NCBI GenBank assembly: GCA_037146775.1 | Contig: JBAWWL010000002.1 | Location: 134,554 to 198,553, forward strand | Origin: Candidatus Omnitrophota bacterium | GTDB taxonomy: Bacteria; Omnitrophota; Gorgyraeia; Duberdicusellales; 4484-171 | DNA length: 64,000 nt | Direction: 5' to 3' | In this document: piece after piece, positions 29,712 to 39,430 of the stretch | How the letters are laid out: every line of letters starts with the position of its first letter | Position numbering within the stretch: the first letter of the stretch is position 1 | The notes under the pieces: model-generated | What the model was told of the DNA's origin: nothing | Databases searched by the model: none | The model's input: the letters and a program-made list of their open reading frames with translations, nothing else | Translations under genes and position numbers: made by a program

Positions 29712-29850
29712 TGAAAAATGCAAGGATTACGTAAGAATTTTTTTAATATGACATCGGATCGTAAAAGAGATCTGTCCCGGACAACTTCTGTTGACAAGTT
29801 TCGTTAACGATATGTATGTATAGCGTACTGGTTATTATTGATGAACGCGT

Positions 29851-30714
29851 ATGAAAATCGCTGCATATAACGTGGAGCTTTTTGACCAGGAGCGCGTGCC
29901 TACCGAGAGTAGCGCTTTTCGTCTTCTCAAGCAAACGCCGATCGCAAGGGACATAACGTATCTAGCGGTTCCCTGGTCGATTGCGATTAATCGAAATAAA
30001 TTGTCCGAATTTGCTTTTGAGAAATCAGGCCGGGGTTTTACGATTTGTCAGCATCTGGCTTATGAAAAAATCATCCCCCTTTTGAAACGGATAAAAATCA
30101 ATGTTTTGTTTACGCCGCATGTAAGGAAAACATATTGGGGGATTAAAGTCATGCCTTTCCCTCATTATGCGGTCAACGGAATCGGCCCTGCTGAAAAAAA
30201 ACATATTTTTTACAATTTTATTGGCATAGACAGCACCACGCAAATAAGTTCTTCTTTGCGAAGGCGCCTATTTCAAATGCGCCACCCAGCGGATGCGGTT
30301 GTTATTGAAAGGGAATTTTGGCATTGGGATCGAGAAATGTGGGGCAGAGATGTTTCGGAGAAAACTCAGCAGCAGGAAAAAGAGGAATACCAAGATATTC
30401 TGGCCCATTCAAGATTCTCTTTGTGTCCGCGCGGCGCAGGTGCGAGCACAATCCGTTTTTGGGAGTCGCTTCAGGCTGGTGCGATTCCTGTTTTGTTGTC
30501 GGACGCGATGCGGCTGCCTGAAGGCATAAAATGGGACGAGTGCATTGTGCGTATCAAGGAAAAACATGTAGAGCGGATAACTGATGTTTTAAAGCAAATC
30601 TCAACCACACAGGAATCTTACATGCGGAAAAAATGTGTGGAGGCATACCGCTTGTTTTCCGGTGCAAACCTTGTAAGCAATATTCGTCGTTTTTATCGCG
30701 ATACTGCCAGGTAA
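29851..30714 (+). CDS. exostosin-like (GT47 family) glycosyltransferase
   Basis: HSRFSLCPRGAGASTIRFWESLQAGAIPVLLSDAMRLPEGIKWDEC matches the exostosin C-terminal signature (SrFClCPrG...R..EAl..GCIPVIisD...LPF...W..fsv). Confidence 0.65.
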   Translation: MKIAAYNVELFDQERVPTESSAFRLLKQTPIARDITYLAVPWSIAINRNKLSEFAFEKSGRGFTICQHLAYEKIIPLLKRIKINVLFTPHVRKTYWGIKVMPFPHYAVNGIGPAEKKHIFYNFIGIDSTTQISSSLRRRLFQMRHPADAVVIEREFWHWDREMWGRDVSEKTQQQEKEEYQDILAHSRFSLCPRGAGASTIRFWESLQAGAIPVLLSDAMRLPEGIKWDECIVRIKEKHVERITDVLKQISTTQESYMRKKCVEAYRLFSGANLVSNIRRFYRDTAR

Positions 30715-30720
30715 AGACAT

Positions 30721-31911
30721 ATGTCCAAGAAAATAAAATTATTGCTGATCTCTACTGCGCAACTGCGCGGAGGGGCGGAGGAGTATCTTTTGATGATCGG
30801 TAGATATGCCGCGCAGCGGGGATGGGATGTCCATCTGACCATCGAGAAAGTACCTGGCACTACGCAGCTATTGGCTGATTTTTCAAAAGAAGGAATAATT
30901 TGTCATCACACAAAAATAAGCGACATTACCTGCAGGATTACAAAAAAATACGGAATACTTCGCCAAAGCATCATTACTTCTTTTATTTTACTGAAAGTGC
31001 GTCCGGATATTATTTTGGTTAATATGCCGGGGTGGACTACATCTTTGGGGGTTCTTCTTGCCTGTGCGGTATTAAAAATACCTACGTTGGCTACCTTTCA
31101 TCTATTTCCTTGGCAATGTAAATTTGGCAGGAAGAGGATAAAATTATACCAGTGGTTTTTAACCAGAAACCAAAAGTGGGTAGCGGTATCAGAAAATAAT
31201 AGAAAATATATTTCTGAGACGTTTGAAGTTGATAAGAATGCGATAAGTATGATTTATAATGGCGTAAAAGAGGCTGATCTTTCGGATGTTGCAATGTGCC
31301 GTAAGAGCGTTCGCGAAGAACTGAAATTGCAACAGGATGATTACATGATTTTGACTGTTGCCAGGTTAGACGCCCCAAAGGGGTATCAGGATATGATTCC
31401 GGTTGTTAAACAGTTGAGCGAAGCGAATAGACAAGTCAAATTCGTCTGGGTGGGCGAAGGCCAGGACCGGGATGTATTGACCGAAATGGTCCGATATCAC
31501 GGTCTCAATGACCACGTTATTTTTTTAGGTTATCGTTGCGATGTATACCGTTTAATGAAGGCGTCTGACCTTTTTCTTTTTCCTTCTCACGCCGAAGGGT
31601 TTGGGTTGGTCTTGGTTGAAGCTATGGCGTGCGGATTATCGATAGTCTCTTCGGATACAAGCTCTATTCCTGAATTAATACAAGATGGAGTACATGGCAG
31701 GCTCTTCCGGGTTGGTGATTGTTTTGCCATGCTTGATAGCATCCGGTTAGCAATGTCCGATCTTGATGCGACACGCAAAATGGCACAAAATGCCCGGTTT
31801 AGGAGTCAAGATTTCTTGGAGGATCGATGTGTAAAGAAAACTCTAGATCTTATGGAAGAGCTTCTGATAGCTGTGTCCGGAAACAGTCGGTTATGTTGCA
31901 GAAAAGAATAG
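30721..31911 (+). CDS. glycosyltransferase family 4
   Basis: LFLFPSHAEGFGLVLVEAMACGLSIVSSDTSSIPELIQDG is a classic GT4 E-x7-E motif. Confidence 0.85.
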   Translation: MSKKIKLLLISTAQLRGGAEEYLLMIGRYAAQRGWDVHLTIEKVPGTTQLLADFSKEGIICHHTKISDITCRITKKYGILRQSIITSFILLKVRPDIILVNMPGWTTSLGVLLACAVLKIPTLATFHLFPWQCKFGRKRIKLYQWFLTRNQKWVAVSENNRKYISETFEVDKNAISMIYNGVKEADLSDVAMCRKSVREELKLQQDDYMILTVARLDAPKGYQDMIPVVKQLSEANRQVKFVWVGEGQDRDVLTEMVRYHGLNDHVIFLGYRCDVYRLMKASDLFLFPSHAEGFGLVLVEAMACGLSIVSSDTSSIPELIQDGVHGRLFRVGDCFAMLDSIRLAMSDLDATRKMAQNARFRSQDFLEDRCVKKTLDLMEELLIAVSGNSRLCCRKE

Positions 31912-31953
31912 AGAAGTGGCGGCGAAAATAAAGAGATCAGCAAGGAGGAAGAA

Positions 31954-32832
31954 ATGAAGAACTTTATATTTGCTTCAATCCTTTTAGGCACTTGTTTGTT
32001 CCTTTCTTCTTGTGTAACCTGTATTCTTGACAAAAATGCTACGGAACTTCAGAAGTTCTATTTTCAATTAAATCAAAATAGCGAGATGTTAAAAAACAAA
32101 AGCCTTAACGAAGTTGATCCTCAATTCTGGCAAAAAGCAAAGACGATATCGGTGCATATCATTTACAATGATTTCTTAATGAGTATGGTGCGTGGCAACG
32201 TCGACGCATTTTCTACAGTCAAGACAGCAGCGCTTGGTGGAGTTCTCCCTGTTTTGATCACGGGACCGGAGCGGCTTAGTAATGATGTAGCATTCCAGGA
32301 TAAGATCACCAATTTTACTCATTCGTATAATTGGCAGGCTAAAGATTATTTTATTGAGATTCTTAAACAGGAAATTAATTTGCCCAAAGAAGCAAATATA
32401 TCTTTTGTGACCGGAGAAGAAGAAACATTCCCTTCCATAAAAACTTCTGATAAAGATATTATTATTACGCTTAACTTGATGATGATAGGAAACCAGACAG
32501 GTTGGGGGGAGCCCAAAGCGCCTTTAACAGCAATGGCTGGAGTGACTATGGCTTCGGGAGAAACAATACAAAACTTTATCAAAAAATATAATGGCTTGCC
32601 TCTTTCTGTGGGGCCCTTTAGCTTTGTTCCCGATAAAGTACAATTATATTCCGAGTTGAGAAGGGTAAAAATATATCCGGACATGTATATGGGGAGTATT
32701 ACTAAACATACAGAATCTTTCGGCAAGAGTAAGTGGATATCACAAAATGGCGCATTTCTGGAGCAGCAGCTTAAGGATGTTTTTAGGGATTTAGCAAAAG
32801 CAACCGCCCAACTGATAAAAAAGAGTCAATAA
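31954..32832 (+). CDS. lipoprotein, unknown function
   Basis: Lipobox CLFLSSC|VTC after an N-terminal hydrophobic stretch. Confidence 0.5.
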   Translation: MKNFIFASILLGTCLFLSSCVTCILDKNATELQKFYFQLNQNSEMLKNKSLNEVDPQFWQKAKTISVHIIYNDFLMSMVRGNVDAFSTVKTAALGGVLPVLITGPERLSNDVAFQDKITNFTHSYNWQAKDYFIEILKQEINLPKEANISFVTGEEETFPSIKTSDKDIIITLNLMMIGNQTGWGEPKAPLTAMAGVTMASGETIQNFIKKYNGLPLSVGPFSFVPDKVQLYSELRRVKIYPDMYMGSITKHTESFGKSKWISQNGAFLEQQLKDVFRDLAKATAQLIKKSQ

Positions 32833-33141
32833 GAAGCGCCTGGCACAAGAATTATGTACGACCTTTTAAGTTAAATAAAAAAGAGCTTTTTAAGTAATAA
32901 TTTTATTGTTATCAGCGTAAAGACTGATTAATAGCCGAACGAGATGACGGTGCGTTTTCGTGCATCGCATGTATAATATTTATATCGTATGATGTCATGT
33001 TAAAAGGATTATACTTTGTCGTTTATGCAATGTGAGTTTATAATTTTTTCTGTAAACAGGGGAAAGGTTTTCTTTTAGTTCATAGGAAAGGGTTTCCATT
33101 GTTTTGAATTCCGGGGATATAGAACTAAATAATAAAAAAGA

Positions 33142-33666
33142 ATGAATTTAAGACAGAAAATATTCCGCGAATTTAAAACGTACTGGGCAAACGTATTGTA
33201 CATAACTTTATTTTTTAGTGTTTTCGCTGATTACCGGAGATTGATACTCGCACACTATCAAATCATCTATGAGGATTACGGGATTAGTTTGATCAAGGCA
33301 CTGGTGTTAGCCAAGGTTATTCTGGTGGCAGAACATTTGCACCTCGGAAAGGGATTTGAAGATAAACCTTTGTTTATCCCCACGATATATAAGTCGTTCT
33401 TATTTACTGTGTGCGTTGCGATTTTAAGCGTAATCGAGGCTATAATCATTGGTTTTCTGAAGGCAGAGGGTTTTACCGGAGTGCCAAGTATGTTTATGAG
33501 ATGTTTTTCGTATGAATGGTTTGCCGGCACGCTGGTGGTATTTGCCTCGTTTATTCCGTTTTTTGCGATCAGGGAATTAGATAGGGTGTTGGGAAAGGGG
33601 AAAATAAGCGGGCTTTTTTTTCGAAGAAGCCCGGACGCCGGTTCAGATCTTTCCAAGCATACATAA
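33142..33666 (+). CDS. integral membrane protein, unknown function
   Basis: Four hydrophobic helices. Confidence 0.45.
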   Translation: MNLRQKIFREFKTYWANVLYITLFFSVFADYRRLILAHYQIIYEDYGISLIKALVLAKVILVAEHLHLGKGFEDKPLFIPTIYKSFLFTVCVAILSVIEAIIIGFLKAEGFTGVPSMFMRCFSYEWFAGTLVVFASFIPFFAIRELDRVLGKGKISGLFFRRSPDAGSDLSKHT

Positions 33667-33768
33667 TATTGGTTGGTTCGCAGTGGAAGGTAAGACGGAA
33701 ATGCATATTGGAGGAATCGTTTATCGTTGCTCGTAAAAATTGCGGGGCATAAGGAAGAGAGGGCAGGC

Positions 33769-33956
33769 TTGACAAGGACAGAATAATATGTTACATTTTA
33801 ATTGAATTTGGACACAAAGTTTTGTGTTAGCAAAAGGTACAATGGCGTTCGCAAGAACGCTTTTCTTATTTTTAAGCCTTAGTAACACCTAAGTAGATTA
33901 GAACAACGGCGTTCTGTGCCACCAAGAGAGTGGTGCGGGACGCCGTTTCTGTTTTT
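33769..33956 (+). ncRNA. candidate small RNA (promoter plus terminator with no ORF)
   Basis: TTGACA (33769) separated by 17 bp from TACATT. Internal hairpins (ggcgttcgcaagaacgc). Terminator-like stem aacggcgttctgtgccacc/ggtgcgggacgccgtt followed by tctgtttttt. Confidence 0.3.
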
Positions 33957-34010
33957 TAACCAAAAGATACGCGCTTTGCAGACATTTTTTAGTTAGAGTA
34001 TTGGTGCGAT

Positions 34011-34523
34011 ATGGATTTTAGAATATTGTTAGAAAAAATTACACCCGCGCTTAAATTTATTGCGCGTAAGCACCTATTTTATAGCTATTACAGCGAAGAT
34101 GACCTCTACCAAGAAATGTGTCTTTATCTCTGGCAGCATTATGGAGGGGGCCTGCCTATAGGTATAAATGAGGCGTATGCGATTAAGGGATGTGAGTTCC
34201 ATATCCAGAACTTTCTACGTAAAGGCCGGCCTAAAGCAATAATTTCCAGTCTTGATGAGCTTATAAATCCCGGAGGTTTAACTTTAGGTGATATCCTTGA
34301 AGATAAAAAGGCAGATTTTCGTTCGCGCATTGATGGCCAGGTCACTATCGATGAAATAGCTAATATTGGCTTAAGCGATAAAGAAAAGTCTGTACTTTCT
34401 TATTTAATTAAAGGATATACGGTGCGCGAGATTGCGAAAGAACTCGAAGTTTCCCATGTGATGGTGCTAAAACACAAAAAAAATATCATCAAGAAATGGC
34501 GTAAGAAAAATTACCGTCAATAA
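34011..34523 (+). CDS. sigma-70 family (ECF-like) RNA polymerase sigma factor
   Basis: Region 2 DDLYQEMCLYLWQ. C-terminal region-4 HTH KEKSVLSYLIKGYTVREIAKELEVSHVMVLKHKKNI. Confidence 0.6.
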   Translation: MDFRILLEKITPALKFIARKHLFYSYYSEDDLYQEMCLYLWQHYGGGLPIGINEAYAIKGCEFHIQNFLRKGRPKAIISSLDELINPGGLTLGDILEDKKADFRSRIDGQVTIDEIANIGLSDKEKSVLSYLIKGYTVREIAKELEVSHVMVLKHKKNIIKKWRKKNYRQ

Positions 34524-34963
34524 CTTGAATTCAGTCCAAGCCCGCCAGTTAAATCAAAAAAGTTTCTTTATTCTCTCCAATTAAGGTTACCAAGATAGGT
34601 ATTTTTTTACTTGTATTAGTGTAGAGTCAGGGGGTGTACTATAAAAACATTTTTATAAAGAGTGCAACGTTAAAGAGACACTTTAACCGAAAAAATGCTA
34701 CAACATTTTTTCGGTAATACCTCGACGTTATCTGAAATTTGCCCCCTAAATTGTAAAGAAAATTAAGGGTAAATTTCAGCGTCGACCCCTGCGCTACGCG
34801 CGTGGCAAAAAATGCATTTTTCTAAATGTATTTTTTGGGTTAAGACGAAGGCGTCTTGTAAATTCAGAGAAAGAATTGAAGGCGCCTTTTATATTTATAG
34901 GCACAGATAGTGTCAAAAGTTTTATGAAAAATATTAATAAAAGCATTGATTCGTAAAAGTATG

Positions 34964-35106
34964 TTAAACTTTAAACCCGAAACACTAAACTCTAAACAAA
35001 CTCAAAACCATAAACTCAAAACACAAAACATTATAGAGTCTTGGATTTTGAGTTTTGAACATTTGGATTTATTTAGGATTTAAGGTTTAGGGTTTAGAGT
35101 TTTAAA
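34964..35106. repeat. approximately 140-bp imperfect palindromic element built from CTAAAC/CTCAAAAC oligomers (copy 1, upstream of amtB)
   Basis: Left half aaactctaaac..aaactcaaaac is mirrored by gttttgagtttt..gtttagagttt. Related copy at 45094-45234. Confidence 0.8.
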
Positions 35107-35140
35107 AATTCAAGAGATATTTTTAAAGAGGGGGTTAACT

Positions 35141-36367
35141 ATGAATACAGGCGATACGGCATGGGTGTTAATTTGTGCGGCATTGGTTATGCTGATGACC
35201 CCAGGTTTAGCTTTTTTCTATGGGGGAATGGTGCGCCGGAAAAACATACTTGGGGTTTTGATGCAATGTTTTATTGTTCTATGTGCGCTTAGCATCCAAT
35301 GGGTTTTATTCGGCTACAGCCTTTCTTTTCATCCCGGCCAAGGCTTTTGGGGAGGTTTTGGCTGGTTTGCTTTAAACGGTGTAGGATTGGAGCCATATCC
35401 GGATTATGCCGCAACCATTCCACATCAAGCTTTTATGATTTATCAGGCGATGTTTGCCATAATCACTCCAGCCTTAATCATTGGTGCTTTTGCCGAAAGA
35501 ATGAAATTTTCCGCATTCTTAATTTTTGCAGTGTTATGGGCAACATTTGTCTATGATCCACTTTGTCATTGGGTATGGGGTGTTGGTGGGTGGCTAAGGA
35601 ATCTAGGGGCGCTTGACTTTGCCGGAGGAACAGTTGTTCATATTAACGCTGGCATAGCTGCTCTCGTAACAGCTTTAATCATCGGTAAAAGAAAAAATTT
35701 AGATTCCAATTTACCCGCACCACATAATTTGCCCTTTATTGTACTGGGGACAAGTTTGCTTTGGTTTGGTTGGTTTGGATTTAACGCAGGAAGTGCGCTG
35801 GCGGCAAATGGTTTAGCCGTGAACGCGTTTGTAGTCACTAATACCGCAGCTGCTGCTGCGGGGCTAACATGGGCGTTATTAGAATGGTTACGCAATGGAA
35901 AGCCAACAATGTTTGGCGTAGTAAGTGGTGCGGTGGCAGGTTTAGTTGCGATAACGCCGGCTGCAGGATTCGTCAGTGTATTACCTGCAATAGTAATGGG
36001 GTTGTCGGTGAGTGTATTTTGTTTTACCGCTGTCAGTGTTATTAAGCCAAGATTTGGCTATGATGATTCTCTAGATGCTTTTGGTGTGCATTGTGTGGGC
36101 GGAATTTGGGGGGCGCTGGCTACCGGCCTATTTGCATCCAAGGCGGTAAATCCGGCTGCTGCGGATGGTTTATTGTTTGGAAATCCAAAGCAATTTTTGG
36201 TCCAATTAGTTACAGTTTTGGTAACGATTGTGTATGCTTCCGCAGCTACTTTTATCATTTATAAATTAGTTGATTTATTTATTGGTGTGCGTGTCAGCGA
36301 TAAAGATGAGCTTATGGGCCTTGACCTTACCCAGCATCATGAAAGAGCGTATACGGTATTGGAGTAA
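35141..36367 (+). CDS. amtB: ammonium transporter
   Basis: Amt/MEP family: DFAGGTVVHINAGIAAL. 11 TM helices. Followed by a PII gene. Confidence 0.9.
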   Translation: MNTGDTAWVLICAALVMLMTPGLAFFYGGMVRRKNILGVLMQCFIVLCALSIQWVLFGYSLSFHPGQGFWGGFGWFALNGVGLEPYPDYAATIPHQAFMIYQAMFAIITPALIIGAFAERMKFSAFLIFAVLWATFVYDPLCHWVWGVGGWLRNLGALDFAGGTVVHINAGIAALVTALIIGKRKNLDSNLPAPHNLPFIVLGTSLLWFGWFGFNAGSALAANGLAVNAFVVTNTAAAAAGLTWALLEWLRNGKPTMFGVVSGAVAGLVAITPAAGFVSVLPAIVMGLSVSVFCFTAVSVIKPRFGYDDSLDAFGVHCVGGIWGALATGLFASKAVNPAAADGLLFGNPKQFLVQLVTVLVTIVYASAATFIIYKLVDLFIGVRVSDKDELMGLDLTQHHERAYTVLE

Positions 36368-36440
36368 AGTGATTCCAGTGATTATGCGATGATTACAGTG
36401 ATTAAAAAACACTGTAATCTTTATCGAATCACTGTAATCA
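36368..36440. promoter_or_regulatory. operator-like inverted repeats between amtB and glnK
   Basis: Perfect palindrome GATTACAGTG-attaaaaaa-CACTGTAATC (36391-36419), with additional CAGTGATT/CACTGTAATC half-sites on either side. Confidence 0.5.
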
Positions 36441-36468
36441 ATGTATATAAAAAAGAAAAGGAGCAGCT

Positions 36469-36810
36469 ATGAAACTAATAATTGCTATAATTCAACCTTA
36501 TAAACTTGAAGAAGTAAAAGAAGAGCTTTATAAGCAAGAAGTAAATTTGATTACGGTAAGCGAGGTGCTTGGGCATGGCCGGCAAAAAGGAATAACTGAA
36601 TTTTATCGTGGCACAAAAGAAACAGGCAATCTCTTACGTAAAATCCGTCTTGAAATCGCGGTAAACGAAAATTTTGTTGAACCGACCATAAAAGCGATCA
36701 TTAAAGGCGCCAAGACCGGAGAAACCGGTGATGGGAAGATATTTGTTTTGGACCTTAAAGAGTGCGTTCGTATTCGTACCGAAGAGCGCGGTTCTGTGGC
36801 TATAGGATAA
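36469..36810 (+). CDS. glnK: nitrogen regulatory protein P-II
   Basis: PII signatures: T-loop [12 protein letters not shown] and B-loop [11 protein letters not shown]. 113 aa. Immediately downstream of amtB. Confidence 0.9.
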   Translation: MKLIIAIIQPYKLEEVKEELYKQEVNLITVSEVLGHGRQKGITEFYRGTKETGNLLRKIRLEIAVNENFVEPTIKAIIKGAKTGETGDGKIFVLDLKECVRIRTEERGSVAIG

Positions 36811-36834
36811 ACGCGATAAATATAAAGAGTTACT

Positions 36835-37626
36835 ATGCTTAAATTTTTTATAATTTTTATCAGCACATTATTAGTACCATATCTATTTGTTCTCGCAACT
36901 CCTACGACGCATATCTGGGCTCCTTCTACCGACATCCAACCTTACGGGAAGACGCATCTAACTGCTGATACGTATATTCCTGTTAAAAGCAAAGATCATA
37001 ATGATAATAAGCTTTACGTACAACAGGTTTATGGATTGACTTTTAGCCTATTGTCAGATAAGCCCCAAGATAATCTTTTAGGTAAATTGTTTCCTTATTT
37101 AGATCAAGTGATGGCCGAGACAGGTTTTGACTATAAAAAAGGTTTGGGGCATGCTCTAGACAAGTGGCCGGTTTATTTTAATTTTAAATGCGCTGTACCT
37201 GAAGGCGCGTATTTTAAGTATATGCCGGCATTTGCCATGGGTGCTTATGATATGGGTTATAAACATAATTATACCAATAATAATCTTTGGTATTTTAAGA
37301 CTGCAAAAACATTATCTATGGGGAAATTAAATTTAGGAAGGTTATCTGCGGGATATTTTAATGGTAATGGCAGGACTTTACGTGATAAAAACGGTGAGAG
37401 AGATAATTCCGGGCCAATGTTTGCCTGGGAAAGGGTGATGTCAGAAATAAACGAAAGACTTTGGATCTGCGTAGATTATCAAGGCACACAATCTTCTTAC
37501 GGTGCAATGAATTACGGTTTTTCTTGGAAATTTACAAATAATGTTTCTACTATTGTTGGCTATGAGATATATAACAATCCGAATTTAAAAAATACGGTGA
37601 CAGTTCAATTGGATGTCGATTTTTAA
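36835..37626 (+). CDS. putative outer-membrane beta-barrel (porin-like) protein
   Basis: Signal peptide. Y/N/G-rich alternating pattern. C-terminal ...VQLDVDF ends in Phe. Confidence 0.45.
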   Translation: MLKFFIIFISTLLVPYLFVLATPTTHIWAPSTDIQPYGKTHLTADTYIPVKSKDHNDNKLYVQQVYGLTFSLLSDKPQDNLLGKLFPYLDQVMAETGFDYKKGLGHALDKWPVYFNFKCAVPEGAYFKYMPAFAMGAYDMGYKHNYTNNNLWYFKTAKTLSMGKLNLGRLSAGYFNGNGRTLRDKNGERDNSGPMFAWERVMSEINERLWICVDYQGTQSSYGAMNYGFSWKFTNNVSTIVGYEIYNNPNLKNTVTVQLDVDF

Positions 37627-38094
37627 TATATGAATTAGAAGGGGGTAAATAAGCCAATGCATGATAATTTTACCAGCTTTCTTGACCCGATTGCAAAAGT
37701 CTGGGATAACCAACAGGTGTTATCTCAGATAGTATCTTCACCGAAAGCCAAATTAGCTAATAAAATCAGTAAGAAAAAGACTAAGAAAAAAAATTCAAAA
37801 AAAGGTTACCAAGCAGGTATCTTTTTTACTTATATATAGAGAAGGCTCAGAGTGTGAATACGGGAAGTATTAAAACAAGGGTGTTTTAATGCCAAGAAGG
37901 GTTAAAACACCCTTTTTGTTTTGTAATTTGTAGATGACTTATGTGGAATGGGGATTTGGAAAAATAATGTTATATCCCTCGCGCCTATATATCGTATAAA
38001 TTTTCCCGCTTGCTTCGCGAGCAAAAAAATTTATACGAAGCGCTTCGGGATTAAATTTTTATACCTTTAGTATAAAAATTTAAGGAGGTTTCAA

Positions 38095-39426
38095 ATGGCT
38101 AAGCGGACGAAACAGGATATTTTGAAGCTGGTTAAGGAAAATGACGTAAAATTCATACGTCTCTGGTTTACTGATGTGTTGGGGCAGGTAAAAAGTTTTG
38201 CGATTACGGATAAGGAGTTAGAAGGAGCGCTTGAGAACGGTATGGGCTTTGATGGATCATCTATTACCGGCTATCAGGACATCGAAGAATCCGACATGAT
38301 TGCGATGCCGGATCCGGATACTTTTGCAATTTTGCCCTGGCGGCCCAGCGAAAAAGCTGTTGGTAGAATGATATGTGATGTGTTAAGTCCTGATAGGACT
38401 CCTTATGAAGGCGACCCGCGTTATATATTAAAAAAAGCTTTAGAACGCGCTTCTAAAATGGGGTTTGATCACTTTTATTTAGGGCCGGAACTAGAGTTTT
38501 TTTATTTTAAGGCGGATACAGCTACAGAGGTGCTGGACAAAGGAGGGTATTTTGATCTTACTACTTTGGATGTGGCAAGCGACTTAAGAAGAGAAACCGT
38601 GCTTGCGCTTGAGAAAATGGGTATAGACGTGGAGTACTCGCATCATGAGGTGGCGCCTAGCCAACATGAGGTTGATATGCGCTATAAGGATGCGCTTGAG
38701 ATGGCGGATAATGTCATAACCTACAAAGTAGTTGTAAAGGAGATTGCCAGCAAGTTCGGCGTTTATGCCACATTCATGCCAAAGCCTATTTTTGGAGAAA
38801 ACGGTTCCGGCATGCATACGCATCAATCGCTTTTCAAGGGAAATAAGAATACTTTTTTTGATCCCAAAGCCAGTGATTATCTTTCCGATACTGCGCGTAG
38901 TTATATCGCTGGTTTGCTTAAACACGCAAAGGAGATTTGTTCTATCTTTGCGCAGACCACAAATTCATATAAAAGGTTAGTGCCTGGGTATGAGGCGCCT
39001 GTTTATGTGGCATGGAGTCGCAGGAACAGAAGTGCGTTGGTGAGAGTTCCGCTTTATTATCCCGGAAAAGAAAAGGCTACCAGGTGCGAGTTTAGAGCTT
39101 GCGATCCAGCGTGCAATCCGTATCTTACTTTTGCGGCTATGCTTCATGCCGGGCTGGAAGGTATAGAAAAGAAATATAAAGCACCTAAGCCGATGGACCA
39201 GAATTTATATCATTTAACCGAAACCGAAAGAAAAGAAAAAGGTATTGAAACGCTTCCGGATAATCTTGGGCATGCAATCGCGATATCTGAAGGCAGTGAA
39301 CTGGTTAAAAAAATCCTTGGTAACCACATCTTTCCCAGATTCGTTGAATTAAAGAAAAAAGAATGGGACGACTATAGAATCCAGGTTCCGCAGTATGAAT
39401 TAAACAGATATCTGTCAATTCTTTAA
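38095..39426 (+). CDS. glnA: glutamine synthetase type I
   Basis: Full-length GSI: N-terminal beta-grasp VKFIRLWFTDVLGQ. Catalytic motifs HHEVAPSQHE and KPIFGENGSGMHTHQS. Confidence 0.92.
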   Translation: MAKRTKQDILKLVKENDVKFIRLWFTDVLGQVKSFAITDKELEGALENGMGFDGSSITGYQDIEESDMIAMPDPDTFAILPWRPSEKAVGRMICDVLSPDRTPYEGDPRYILKKALERASKMGFDHFYLGPELEFFYFKADTATEVLDKGGYFDLTTLDVASDLRRETVLALEKMGIDVEYSHHEVAPSQHEVDMRYKDALEMADNVITYKVVVKEIASKFGVYATFMPKPIFGENGSGMHTHQSLFKGNKNTFFDPKASDYLSDTARSYIAGLLKHAKEICSIFAQTTNSYKRLVPGYEAPVYVAWSRRNRSALVRVPLYYPGKEKATRCEFRACDPACNPYLTFAAMLHAGLEGIEKKYKAPKPMDQNLYHLTETERKEKGIETLPDNLGHAIAISEGSELVKKILGNHIFPRFVELKKKEWDDYRIQVPQYELNRYLSIL

Positions 39427-39430
39427 GGGG

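Noticed and set aside
35060-35106. TTTAGGG-type telomere-like repeats (ggtttagggtttagagttt)
   Set aside because: Part of the larger palindromic CTAAAC-oligomer element. This is a bacterial operon context with a mirrored arm upstream, not a telomere.
37657-37839. 60-aa Lys-rich ORF after the porin-like gene
   Set aside because: Low complexity (KKKTKKKNSKKG), no RBS and no conservation signal. Probably not a real gene, though a small basic protein cannot be excluded.
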